Position numbers and translations under genes: made by a program
IMG/VR virus record: IMGVR_UViG_3300035686_000002
Span: 87,713-151,712 of that record
DNA: 64,000 nt
Reading direction: 5' to 3' (one strand)
Source of the DNA: a virus
Lineage: Duplodnaviria > Caudoviricetes
The notes under the pieces: model-generated
Database searches by the model: none
Seen by the model: only the letters and a program-made list of their open reading frames with translations
What the model was told of the DNA's origin: nothing
Shown here: positions 29,319 to 38,759 of the stretch, in pieces
Position numbering within the stretch: the first letter of the stretch is position 1
How the letters are laid out: each line of letters starts with the position of its first letter

Positions 29319-29510
29319 GCGAGAGATCGATCAGCGTTTCGTTATGGATGAGTCTGTCACTCAGTTTTTTATATTCTATAATCTTTCTAATTGACAAACT
29401 CATCTATTCTGTTCTCGATTGTATATACCGTCTACCTGTAGAGCTTGATCGATTTTTGAAAACACGAATTAAAGCAATCTCAACAACTGGAATGAACAAA
29501 TGACTCTCGC
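29319..29510 (+). repeat. Dispersed element, copy 8 (complete)
   Basis: GCGAGAG..ATGGATGAGTCTGTCACTCA..TATAAT..TTGACAAACTCATCTAT..CTCTCGC. Confidence 0.95.
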
Positions 29511-29660
29511 ATCAAAACCTGATCGCCGCCGCTAATTTGCCAGAGACTCGTTAAGTCCTGACAAAAACCTTTGATATTGTGTTATGATGGGAAAATTAAG
29601 CCACAAGGACGCTAGCACGTCCTTTTATCAGTGGCAGTCCACCTACACAACAGGCGAACA

Positions 29661-30716
29661 ATGAGTAGTATAGCAGTTTTGCGCACAGAACGCGACGGCG
29701 TTGAGTTTTTCACCGTTGTAGCCACGGGGGAGTCGGGAATGAGTCAAAGTGGTCTAGCTCGCGCCTGTGGTATCAGCAAACAATCTATGTCAGAGTTTGT
29801 GACAAAGCTTAATCCGTCAGGCAGATCGTTTCAAAAAGCGCTAAAACCTTCTACTAGCAAAGATTTAGCACCGTCAGGCAAGTCGTCTCAAAAAACGCTG
29901 AAACCTTCTACTGGTAAAGGCTTTACACCGTCAGGCAAAGCACCCTCAAAATGGTTAGAACCTTTTAGAGGGAAGGACTTGACACTCATAACTAACTACT
30001 CCAGCCCCGATGCTAATACTCGCAATGTCACGATCTACACGGCTGAGTTCTGTGGTGCAGTAATCAAGCATTATGCTTACAGCGGTTCTGAGACGGCTCA
30101 AGACTTTGATTTTTCACTTGGTGTCATCGGCTTGACTTCCTACATTCAGAGTCAAACAGGATGGTTGCCGGAACAGTTCAAGGCAGCGCCAGAAGAACAC
30201 GACAAGCTGGATCAATTTCTCGGTTTAGCGATGGAATGGGATCGAGGGCCAATGATGGTAGTTGATTGGGAAGGTGAAGTCGATATGTCCGATAGTTGGA
30301 CATTTTTTGACGCTGTTGTTTTCTCTGGTTTTACCCCTGAAGAATTCATCGTATTTGAAGATGAGACAAGAGAACTAGGACTGCAAAAACTCAGTAAAAG
30401 CGAACAAGTCAAGTTATTCTTTAAGCGAAACCCTGAGATTCAAGAAAGGCAAAAACCTTACACAGAACGCATTGAAAGAATTTTGAGACTGCCAAAAAAC
30501 TCGCAATTGTTTCAGATGACTTTTTTTGAGGAGTATGGATGTAATTTGGACAGTCTTTATCTTAAGGTAGAAACTTCTGCTAGTGCTTTACGATTGTACA
30601 GACTAGGATACGCAGATCGAACACAGTACGCCGACCCCCGATATCCATACTCCCGTGACCCTGATTGTATGGAAGGGTGGAACGCTAACACCAGCGCAAA
30701 CCTTATTAATCAATAA
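29661..30716 (+). CDS. Antirepressor-like DNA-binding protein with three 19-aa repeats
   Basis: DGVEFFTVVATGESGMSQSGLARACGIS (HTH-like); PSGxxxxKxLxPxxxKxxx repeated three times. Confidence 0.7.
   Translation: MSSIAVLRTERDGVEFFTVVATGESGMSQSGLARACGISKQSMSEFVTKLNPSGRSFQKALKPSTSKDLAPSGKSSQKTLKPSTGKGFTPSGKAPSKWLEPFRGKDLTLITNYSSPDANTRNVTIYTAEFCGAVIKHYAYSGSETAQDFDFSLGVIGLTSYIQSQTGWLPEQFKAAPEEHDKLDQFLGLAMEWDRGPMMVVDWEGEVDMSDSWTFFDAVVFSGFTPEEFIVFEDETRELGLQKLSKSEQVKLFFKRNPEIQERQKPYTERIERILRLPKNSQLFQMTFFEEYGCNLDSLYLKVETSASALRLYRLGYADRTQYADPRYPYSRDPDCMEGWNANTSANLINQ
29814..29984 (+). repeat. Three tandem 57-bp in-frame repeats
   Basis: CCGTCAGGCA recurs at 29814, 29871 and 29928. Confidence 0.9.
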
Positions 30717-30914
30717 AGCCTAAGATCGAATGTGATTTTGCTGCCCCGTTACAATATATGCCGGGGCAGTGTTTTCACCAAAAGCAACAGTTTAGCATTT
30801 TGTTTCTATGCTTTTATATTTTCAAGCATTAGCCCACTCTAGTCCAAAATCCTAATTTTTGCAAATCGTTGACATAAAAGGTTTATTTATGTTAGTTTTA
30901 AGTGAGTAAAGAAA

Positions 30915-31418
30915 GTGAGAAGATTAGTGAATATTTACAGCGATTGCAATTATAAGGGATTTGTATTATCGATCAGAGATAATGAAGGCAAATTGCTACC
31001 ATTGAAAGAAACAGAGTTAAATACTCAAGGAGCTTTTAATAACTATTATTCTGATTATAAGGAAATGTTAGATAAGTTTAAGCAGATTGTTGATACTTAC
31101 CTATTGCAAAAAGAAACAAAAAAGAAACAAATTCTTTCGTTAACTTTTGAAGAAGAGACTTTTGATCTAGAAGTATATAGCCGTAAAGTAACTTGGGTGG
31201 AAACAATATATAATATTGTCTATACCTCTGAAACAGTAAGACTTCAAAATTATTTAAGCTCTAAATCTAATGATTGGTTAGGATTGCGTTGGTCTACAAA
31301 TCCAATAATCTGGTCTACTTTGGACGATAGATGGTTTGTAACTCTTTCTTCTAGCGTTCATTTTCAATTATGTCCTACTAAGACTGAATTTAAAGAAATA
31401 GTAGATGAAGATGAATAG
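30915..31418 (+). CDS. Hypothetical protein
   Basis: 167 aa behind a TTGACA promoter at 30869. Confidence 0.65.
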   Translation: MRRLVNIYSDCNYKGFVLSIRDNEGKLLPLKETELNTQGAFNNYYSDYKEMLDKFKQIVDTYLLQKETKKKQILSLTFEEETFDLEVYSRKVTWVETIYNIVYTSETVRLQNYLSSKSNDWLGLRWSTNPIIWSTLDDRWFVTLSSSVHFQLCPTKTEFKEIVDEDE

Positions 31419-31573
31419 ATAAGCTATAACACCAGCGCCAGCCTAGTCAACCAATAAACCTGACGCGCTGATCGCTCTCACTTCAAAAAAATAACGATTT
31501 TGGCACATTTTTGTAAGAGTGCGGGCGATTGGTTTAATTTAGTCACGAGGTAACAAAAAGCCAAGGAGAGCAA

Positions 31574-32209
31574 ATGGAAATTCTAATACGGACAGATATG
31601 CTGGAATTTCTTACTAACGATAAAGGATTTAGCAGCCAATGTGCTAGCTACTTTTACGGCAAGCAGATTGACGGCCTAGGTTCATTTAGCGACCAATTTA
31701 GGGGTGAAGATGGTAAGGTTGATTTTCACAATTATTGGGGTTTCAAGGATAAGGCAAAGGCTGCTGTAGGGCAATTAGATTTGCAGTATCTGTACAACTC
31801 ACGCATTCTGTCTTCATGGATAGGCGGGCCACATGGATGGTGTGATTGGAACGGCTATATACGTTGCAGCAACTACAACATAGAAAAACATCCTAGCGTA
31901 GAAGAAATATGCAAAGAATGGCAGGTTATAGCGACAGCCTTTCCATATCTAAATCTCAAATCTCAGCTCATAACAGAGGAGGGTGAGGGGAATATAGCTG
32001 TAGAGTTTGAGGTGAAGGATGGCACAGCCATTATGAAGACACCCGGCGCTTTACTAGAGGCTGTAAAGGATTTAGACATAGATGAGATAGTAATAAGCTT
32101 CCACAATCACGAAAGAGGACGAGGTTGTACTTATGAAAAATTTGTAGAAGCCGTAGACTATACCCGAAAACAGATACAACAAAGGGTCACAGCCGAAGTA
32201 ACAGACTAG
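31574..32209 (+). CDS. Phage hypothetical protein
   Basis: AAGGAG RBS; YLYN..SSWIGGPHGWCDWNG..IATAFPYL motif. Confidence 0.75.
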   Translation: MEILIRTDMLEFLTNDKGFSSQCASYFYGKQIDGLGSFSDQFRGEDGKVDFHNYWGFKDKAKAAVGQLDLQYLYNSRILSSWIGGPHGWCDWNGYIRCSNYNIEKHPSVEEICKEWQVIATAFPYLNLKSQLITEEGEGNIAVEFEVKDGTAIMKTPGALLEAVKDLDIDEIVISFHNHERGRGCTYEKFVEAVDYTRKQIQQRVTAEVTD

Positions 32210-32286
32210 AATAGAACTATCCTTTTTGTCCCACAAGGGGCTTTTATTTCAAAATTACCTATCATTGAAAAACAACCAACTTAACA

Positions 32287-32604
32287 ATGATTAACAGCGA
32301 CAACCCCAAGCAATTAACAGTCGGTCAACTAATGGATGCACTCGGTTATTATGATCGGGCTGACTTGGTTAAATTTTATGATTGTAATCACTCCAAAGAG
32401 TTTGATATTGTTTACGTTGAGAAATCATCTACTGATAAAGTAGCGTATTTGCGTAACATACCATTTGATCCTAAAGGCAACGAGCTACCGAATGAAATAC
32501 TGGAAGAAATTGGTATTTCTGTCAAAGTAGTTAGAGAGGGTGTAAATTTTGCCGAAACAATAACAATATACGAAGAAATATCTGAGAAAACTAACGCAAA
32601 GTGA
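32287..32604 (+). CDS. Hypothetical protein, paralogue of the domain in 5982..6452
   Basis: LTVGQLMDALGYYDRADLVKFYD..DIVYVE. Confidence 0.7.
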   Translation: MINSDNPKQLTVGQLMDALGYYDRADLVKFYDCNHSKEFDIVYVEKSSTDKVAYLRNIPFDPKGNELPNEILEEIGISVKVVREGVNFAETITIYEEISEKTNAK

Positions 32605-32613
32605 GACTTAACA

Positions 32614-33012
32614 ATGACTGAAAATCTATTTCGACGAATCAACGACGAAAGTGCAATCCAAATCGTACCGTCAGAGGACTCCTGCCAACCCGGATATTGT
32701 TGGAAGTGGGAAGACGCAACGTCTGGTGTGTTTGAATCTCAAGAAGCAGCATTAATAAGTGCCATTAACTGCTTGAATGATAGCTACAAAACAGTAGTAA
32801 CGATGAACGATGAAGCAACGATCTCTAATCGAAAACTTCGTTTAGAGGTAACAAACCGAAAAATCCGTTCTTCTTTATGTTTGTGGTTAGAAGAGTTGGA
32901 CAAAGAATTTGTTGTTATGATGTTTCTTGCGGCAGTAACACTTGTTGGGCTATTTGGCTTGGCTTTTTTAGAATTGTTTTTGGCTAGCCGAGGTATCTCC
33001 ATAAAAAGATGA
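32614..33012 (+). CDS. Hypothetical protein with a C-terminal TM helix
   Basis: FVVMMFLAAVTLVGLFGLAFLELFL. Confidence 0.65.
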   Translation: MTENLFRRINDESAIQIVPSEDSCQPGYCWKWEDATSGVFESQEAALISAINCLNDSYKTVVTMNDEATISNRKLRLEVTNRKIRSSLCLWLEELDKEFVVMMFLAAVTLVGLFGLAFLELFLASRGISIKR

Positions 33013-33103
33013 ACATGATATGAGGGCTTACTTACGGGCGCACGAACACACAGCTTGGGTAGAAGCAGCAATCAACGGAGACGCAGTAGATAAGGACTAA
33101 CAC

Positions 33104-33175
33104 TGTCGTCAGTCCGAAATTCTTAAAACCTCTCTTGCAACTCTTGACATAAAGGGTTTTTATTGTTAGACTTAG
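33104..33175 (+). promoter_or_regulatory. Promoter-containing ~70-bp repeat (second copy at 33761..33835)
   Basis: TGTCGTCAGTCCRAAATTCTTRAAAC..TT(G/T)ACATAAAG..TGTTA is shared; this copy has TTGACA-N17-TAGACT. Confidence 0.7.
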
Positions 33176-33200
33176 ACAGTCAACAAAAAGAGATTGTCAA

Positions 33201-33443
33201 ATGCCTAGTATTGTGACTCAAGAGTTTCTAGCTAAACATCCTACGTGGGCTGAACTTCGCACTCAAGTCGAGCCTTCTTTACTAGAGGAATGGGAAAATG
33301 ATTTTTCTCACATAACTGTTTTTTCGATAGAAATCACAGATTCCAAAATAATTGTCAATAACTCACTATACATTGATTGCTTGGGCGATCGCGAAGAAGC
33401 TGAAAAATTTGTTTTGTATCTAATTACAAAGCCAAAGGAGTAA
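33201..33443 (+). CDS. Hypothetical protein
   Basis: 80 aa directly after the promoter. Confidence 0.6.
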   Translation: MPSIVTQEFLAKHPTWAELRTQVEPSLLEEWENDFSHITVFSIEITDSKIIVNNSLYIDCLGDREEAEKFVLYLITKPKE

Positions 33444-33446
33444 TTA

Positions 33447-33752
33447 ATGATTATGCAAACTGAATACAGTGCATTAATAGAAGTTGTCAAAGGAGCAAGA
33501 AGTGTAGATGTAACTTTTTCTCAACCTTTAAGCCCAGAGACAGCAACAAAGATTAAAAATCTTTCAGAGCGATATGTAGACGTGCAAGTCTATGACATCC
33601 CGCCAGCGTTAGGTAAATCAGGTTTTTGGGTAATGTATTCTCCTGATCTGCGAAGTGGCGAATCGATTGCACGAGAATGCTTAAAGATTTTGAAAGCCGA
33701 AAGCTTTATCGAAAGTAGAATTCGGCTAGTTAATTTCACGGCAAATGAATAG
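33447..33752 (+). CDS. Hypothetical protein
   Basis: AAGGAG RBS; coupled to the upstream gene. Confidence 0.65.
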   Translation: MIMQTEYSALIEVVKGARSVDVTFSQPLSPETATKIKNLSERYVDVQVYDIPPALGKSGFWVMYSPDLRSGESIARECLKILKAESFIESRIRLVNFTANE

Positions 33753-33866
33753 ACAATCAATGTCGTCAGTCCAAAATTCTTGAAACTTTACCTTACAGTT
33801 TCTTTACATAAAGTATTGATGTGTGTTAACCTTAAAATACAAATAGAGACAAAGGAAAGATTAACC

Positions 33867-34394
33867 GTGTTACAAAATAACGATTGTCAAGAAGTAAAGC
33901 GCCGAATTGCGCTAGCGCTGGAACAGAAAGGTGAAAGACTTAACCTTAGCGGGATGAGTTTAACTAATTTGCCAGAAACGATAGGTAATCTAACTTGGCT
34001 AAAACACTTAAACCTTAGTGATAATCAATTTGCAAAGTTGCCTAAAGCAATAGGTTGTCTTACTAGCTTAGAAACTCTCGATCTTTACAATAATCGATTA
34101 ACTGAAACAGCAGAGTCACTGGCAGCTCTTGCGTTTCTCGGAAATTTAAAAACGCTTGACCTTAACTACAATCGATTAAAAGCACTACCAGAGGTAATTC
34201 TGTCTCTTAGTGAGTTACAAATGCTTGACCTTAAGAACAATCAACTCAAAGAGTTACCACAATCACTTGCATCCCTTGTTAAGTTGAACCAGATTTACTT
34301 AGACTTCAACCCTTTAAATCCAGATATTGCTGCTGCTTATAAGGGTTCTGCTTGTCAGCACGATACAAAAATACATATCTCAGTTCCCGACTGA
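33867..34394 (+). CDS. Leucine-rich repeat protein
   Basis: About six LxxLxLxxNxLxxLP repeats ending in NPL; GTG start with an AAGGA RBS. Confidence 0.9.
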   Translation: MLQNNDCQEVKRRIALALEQKGERLNLSGMSLTNLPETIGNLTWLKHLNLSDNQFAKLPKAIGCLTSLETLDLYNNRLTETAESLAALAFLGNLKTLDLNYNRLKALPEVILSLSELQMLDLKNNQLKELPQSLASLVKLNQIYLDFNPLNPDIAAAYKGSACQHDTKIHISVPD

Positions 34395-34566
34395 TGATTC
34401 TATCTGGGAGCCAGCTTTTGATTTTTCTGAAGTGGCATAGATAGCTGACAGAATCCATAAAATCGACTTGCCGTTGTTACCGCGAGTCGATTTTTGTTTT
34501 CTGCCTAGATCTTGAACAATAGCTATAACTGACATTAGAGTTACTTAATTGTACTGATTGAGAACT

Positions 34567-35082
34567 TTATTTTAACAGGTTGAAGTATTTAGAAGTCACC
34601 ATAATTGCCACTTTGCATCCCAAATATACACGATTACCTTCGGTATAATGTTCAAACATTCCTTCTGAGGGAAACAAGACTTTAATAAAGCTTTGAAATG
34701 GGCTTGCTTTCTCAATCTCGTCTAAAATACTTTGTGCTAATTCAGATAACATAGTGTCTGAATCTTGATCTACCCAGTTAATAAAACCTAACCAATGTAT
34801 ATGGTTTATCTCTGTCAAAGAACGGACTTTCTGGTTTTGAAATTTAGTCCACCAAAATACTAGGTCAGGAAGCAAAGGTTTTGGCTGGCTTATTATCTCC
34901 AAACATTGCTGTTTTGGTAAAGCTATGATTTCAACGTGATACTGAGGGTATAGTAATTCTTTCCCCGTGTCTCTTGACCGTGTTTCGCACTCTCTTGATA
35001 GATTCAGCATACTCACTAAAAATTGTTTATAAAGCAAATTAGACTGAACGACACTAGAATTATAAATTTTGCTATTATTCAT
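34567..35082 (-). CDS. Hypothetical protein
   Basis: 171-aa ORF. Confidence 0.6.
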   Translation of the reverse strand: MNNSKIYNSSVVQSNLLYKQFLVSMLNLSRECETRSRDTGKELLYPQYHVEIIALPKQQCLEIISQPKPLLPDLVFWWTKFQNQKVRSLTEINHIHWLGFINWVDQDSDTMLSELAQSILDEIEKASPFQSFIKVLFPSEGMFEHYTEGNRVYLGCKVAIMVTSKYFNLLK

Positions 35083-35394
35083 TTGCCTTTTTAAATTTTT
35101 AACTATCGATATTTTACCACAAATCGAATCTTCACTTGAGATTTGGCGTTCTCACTGTCGCTCCGCTTTATATGGTTGAACTGGTGGGTTAGAGCGGTCA
35201 AGTATTCGCAGCCAACAAAAGATGATTTAGAAGTCGCCACCAACTACCCCGCTTATGCGCTGCACAACTGCCCAGATTTTAAGCAGAAGCCACAACCAGA
35301 ATCCCGGACGATACAGTTGCACTGATTGCGGCTGCGGTTTTCTGTTGCGAGGTATGGGTTTGAGAGATTGAGAAAAAGAATTTTGGTTTAGGGG

Positions 35395-35428
35395 TTGACA
35401 TATCAGTGTAGATATACGATGATAAATA
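35395..35428 (+). promoter_or_regulatory. Early-type promoter, copy A
   Basis: TTGACA-N8-TAGATATAC-GATGAT-AAATA (17-bp spacer). Confidence 0.8.
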
Positions 35429-35458
35429 TAAGAGCAACAAACACAAAGACTAAATCAA

Positions 35459-35746
35459 ATGCAAAGATTAGCAGCAGCAGTAAGCGATAAAGTTGAGCAA
35501 ATGAAAGAAGGAAAAAGACAGCTAGTAAAAAAAGCTCTTAAAGAGGGCGCGCAGGTTATTGTACTTGGACATCATGACGCTAATCTACCCGTTTTAATGC
35601 GAGTAACAGTCCCTACCCACTGGCACAGTAACAACAACGAGCAATATCTGGAATGTTCTTTGCCAGAAGGGACGCTATGGAAAACTTTTCTTTGGGTTAA
35701 GCGCAACCATCCCGAGGCTGCAATCGAGATAAAAAGTAACAACTAA
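35459..35746 (+). CDS. Hypothetical early protein
   Basis: Follows promoter A; AATCAAATG start context. Confidence 0.7.
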   Translation: MQRLAAAVSDKVEQMKEGKRQLVKKALKEGAQVIVLGHHDANLPVLMRVTVPTHWHSNNNEQYLECSLPEGTLWKTFLWVKRNHPEAAIEIKSNN

Positions 35747-35919
35747 ATACCTAGCTAACACAACCGGGGTGTTATTCACCCCACCTCCCCAGCTCAGTCA
35801 AATAAAACTATTTTTGAATAGACGGTGTAAAAACCGCCTTAATTTTTGTATTTACCCGTTAATAGTCTATAATAGGTATATGATGACAAATACAAATCTA
35901 AAACACAAAAACAAGTCAA

Positions 35920-36165
35920 ATGCAAGAATTAGTAACGACAGCAAACTACAATATCGACATGAAAGGATTTCGTATTGGTGATTTAGTAGTCCATCGAAAT
36001 AATTTGAATCAGTTACTAGGTTCAATTTCCAAAATTGATAATAGTGTCGGTCTTATAACTGTCGGCGAAGGTTGTTTTTGCGGACAGTTTTCACCTGACG
36101 ATTTATTTCCAGTAGTAAAGAAAACTTCACTAGAGCAATTCTGCTATTTTTCTTACTATTTTTAG
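35920..36165 (+). CDS. Small SH3/KOW-like protein
   Basis: FRIGDLVVH..GSISKID. Confidence 0.6.
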   Translation: MQELVTTANYNIDMKGFRIGDLVVHRNNLNQLLGSISKIDNSVGLITVGEGCFCGQFSPDDLFPVVKKTSLEQFCYFSYYF

Positions 36166-36239
36166 GAAAAAGGATAACTCGGAACAATCGGTAAGACATT
36201 AGAGAAAGTTCAGTCAAGAAAACTAAAGGAAAAAATCAA

Positions 36240-36749
36240 ATGCAAAAACCAATTTCGTATTTATACAGAGAAATAATCTTGGCTGTCGTTCAAGCAATTT
36301 CTGAAGAAGATTTTGACACAATGGCAGAACAAGATTGCGCCACTGAACTAACAACTTGGTCAAAACAATTAGAAGATCCGTTAAATTTTGATGAAGTTGA
36401 GTGCAAACGCATTTATGATTATCTCAAGGAATCTCCGTTAGAAGAGTGGTATTACGACATCAAAGAAGAGATAAGAAGCGGTAAAGTACGAACTGGATTG
36501 CCTAGTAATGGTGGCGGGATGTATAGCGCTGAGGCGGTAGCTATCCCTACAGGGATTCCCAGTTTGTATATTGGCTGGGACTATTATTTTGGAGGATCCG
36601 ATCAGTTAGAGCCAGAAAAAGCTGAATGGATGGAATATTGCTATCTTTTGCAAGCCAAAGACCGAGTGCAAACTGTAAGGTTCTACGACAAGTTAGTCAG
36701 TGCCGTTGATATAAAGTTTGCCATTGACTATAGAGGGTGCAACCTGTAA
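36240..36749 (+). CDS. Phage hypothetical protein
   Basis: TGLP..YSAEAVA..YIGWDYYFGG..EPE..WME motif. Confidence 0.7.
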   Translation: MQKPISYLYREIILAVVQAISEEDFDTMAEQDCATELTTWSKQLEDPLNFDEVECKRIYDYLKESPLEEWYYDIKEEIRSGKVRTGLPSNGGGMYSAEAVAIPTGIPSLYIGWDYYFGGSDQLEPEKAEWMEYCYLLQAKDRVQTVRFYDKLVSAVDIKFAIDYRGCNL

Positions 36750-36828
36750 ATTTTACAACAAGCTAATTACCTGAGAACGAAAAACGAGGCGGCGTTTATG
36801 TCGCCTTAAAAAATTTTTCTCTTACCCC

Positions 36829-36857
36829 TTGACAATCTAAGATAGATATACGATGAT
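36829..36857 (+). promoter_or_regulatory. Early-type promoter, copy B
   Basis: TTGACA-N8-TAGATATAC-GATGAT. Confidence 0.8.
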
Positions 36858-36891
36858 GATATCTATTCACAAAAACAAAGGGCAGAATCAA

Positions 36892-37152
36892 ATGAAAGCA
36901 ATCCAGTCACGCGCAACCTTTATCGATTTACCTGAAGCCAAATCTCATTTTGACGTTATGGCATCACAAGATGGATTTTTAGGCGGAAGAGTCGTAATAT
37001 ACCACAAGCTTATATTTGTTCAAACTTTTTTTGAGTGCAACCGGGCTATGGTGTGCAGAGGAAATTATAAAAGTCCTAGCGAGATCGTTACCTTGATTCC
37101 AGCAGATAAAATTTCAAAAAGTTTTACTTTGCCCCTTGACATATCAAAGTAG
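36892..37152 (+). CDS. Hypothetical early protein
   Basis: AATCAAATG start context after promoter B. Confidence 0.65.
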   Translation: MKAIQSRATFIDLPEAKSHFDVMASQDGFLGGRVVIYHKLIFVQTFFECNRAMVCRGNYKSPSEIVTLIPADKISKSFTLPLDISK

Positions 37153-37169
37153 ATATACTATGATAAATA
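37136..37169 (+). promoter_or_regulatory. Early-type promoter, copy C
   Basis: TTGACA-N8-TAGATATAC-TATGAT-AAATA. Confidence 0.8.
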
Positions 37170-37199
37170 CATACCAAGAAAAACACAGGAGATAAGCCA

Positions 37200-38342
37200 A
37201 TGACCGTATCACCTTTATATAAAGCGAAAGAAAGAATGATGACCCCTGTAAGTATTCACACAGTCCAAAATGTTGTTTACATTGAGTGTCGAGAGCTTGG
37301 GTTTCAAAAAGAAGACTCACTTGAACACTATTTAGACAAGAAAACAAGTAAGAAGATAAAATCTCAAGTCAGAGAGATAGTTCAATTGACGAACGAAGAC
37401 TATCAGTTATTTACGATCAATCTTCTTGATTATTATGAATGGCTAAGCGACAGAGGTGGCAGAGACTGCCACTACAAGACTAAAGATGGGGAAGACTGGA
37501 CTGCGACTCTAGATAACAAGCAAGAGATGGCGCAATGGGCGAAAGAAAGCTACACAAAATGTATCTTAGTTACGAACGGTAGCGATTACATCTTGGTTGA
37601 TCCACAGGGACAAAGATACGCCCTATATGTTGGGTTCAGTAAAACAAGTTTAAGAGACATTTTAGAACTTGTACAACTTCAACCATTAAACCTTCCTGTT
37701 ATTGAACCTACAGCCAAAACTCAACCGACAATCTGGCAAAATGCCACCCCAGCAGCCGAAGTCAACGACATCATCCGCAAGCCGTTTTGCCCGATCGCTC
37801 GTGTTATCAGCAAAGAATTCTTGGCAAACGGTCGTATCTGCTTGATCGTTGATTTCCCCGGCTGTCTTGATCTTGAAAAAGAAGAATGGGTACTGCCAGC
37901 AACCGAAGTCATCGCACCCGCTACACCACCTGTACCAGCAGTCACTCGCGCACTTTCAACCTTCGCAACAGCAAACTACCCAGCCACAGCAGTCGAAATT
38001 ATCCCCGCACCTGCTGTGATCAAGAAAACGACCAACCCCCAAACCAACAGCACAGGAAGAACCATGCAAGCTATATCACAAAAGGGCTGGGATAAGTATC
38101 TCGATCGCAAAGCAGCCGAGTTTCTCGCAACTAAGCAAATCATCAAGTCGCACCTCGTCCCCGGCGACGGCGCTCAAGCTCCCGGTTTCGTGACCCTCCG
38201 ACAATGGGGCGAACAGTACGCAACACACTTCTATAACTCACAAGACGGTGGCTTTCACTACGGGCGTTATTTCTCAAAGTTTAATGATGCTGAAACTGAC
38301 TTTAGTCGCCGAGTAGCTGACTACGCACCCGCCACCAACTAG
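37200..38342 (+). CDS. Multidomain early protein with Pro/Thr/Ala linkers
   Basis: N-domain ending ILVDPQGQRYALYVG; C-domain THFYNSQDGGFHYGRYF; terminator at about 38365-38390. Confidence 0.75.
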   Translation: MTVSPLYKAKERMMTPVSIHTVQNVVYIECRELGFQKEDSLEHYLDKKTSKKIKSQVREIVQLTNEDYQLFTINLLDYYEWLSDRGGRDCHYKTKDGEDWTATLDNKQEMAQWAKESYTKCILVTNGSDYILVDPQGQRYALYVGFSKTSLRDILELVQLQPLNLPVIEPTAKTQPTIWQNATPAAEVNDIIRKPFCPIARVISKEFLANGRICLIVDFPGCLDLEKEEWVLPATEVIAPATPPVPAVTRALSTFATANYPATAVEIIPAPAVIKKTTNPQTNSTGRTMQAISQKGWDKYLDRKAAEFLATKQIIKSHLVPGDGAQAPGFVTLRQWGEQYATHFYNSQDGGFHYGRYFSKFNDAETDFSRRVADYAPATN

Positions 38343-38412
38343 CACCCTACACCCTGCACCCTTACCCCAGTTATTTTAAGACTGGGGTCTATTTATTTCA
38401 AGAAATAAACTA

Positions 38413-38712
38413 ATGGAAGAAACACGAAGACAAGCACAGCGCAAATACTCAGCAACAGAGAAGGGGCGGTCGAGCCGTAACAAAGCGCAGCGCAAATACT
38501 CAACAACAGAAAAAGGGAAAGAGGTTCAGCGAAAGTATGAAAAATCGGAGAAAGCACGGGAGCGCAAGCGGCGATATCTCGAAAGCTTGACGCCAGAACA
38601 GCGGGAAAGGTTGCAGGAGAGACAGCGCGAGTCTAAACGAGTGAGCGCTCAGCGGCGACGGGAGAAAGAAAAGCAAAAGAATTTGGCGTCAGGGGTTGAC
38701 AGATTAGAATAG
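38413..38712 (+). CDS. Highly basic protein with QRKYxxxEK repeats
   Basis: Three QRKY..EK(G/A) repeats. Confidence 0.7.
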   Translation: MEETRRQAQRKYSATEKGRSSRNKAQRKYSTTEKGKEVQRKYEKSEKARERKRRYLESLTPEQRERLQERQRESKRVSAQRRREKEKQKNLASGVDRLE

Positions 38713-38729
38713 ATAGACGATGATAAATA
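38696..38729 (+). promoter_or_regulatory. Early-type promoter, copy D
   Basis: TTGACA-N8-TAGATAGAC-GATGAT-AAATA. Confidence 0.8.
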
Positions 38730-38759
38730 GAAAGACAACAACACACAGAAAACAAATCA

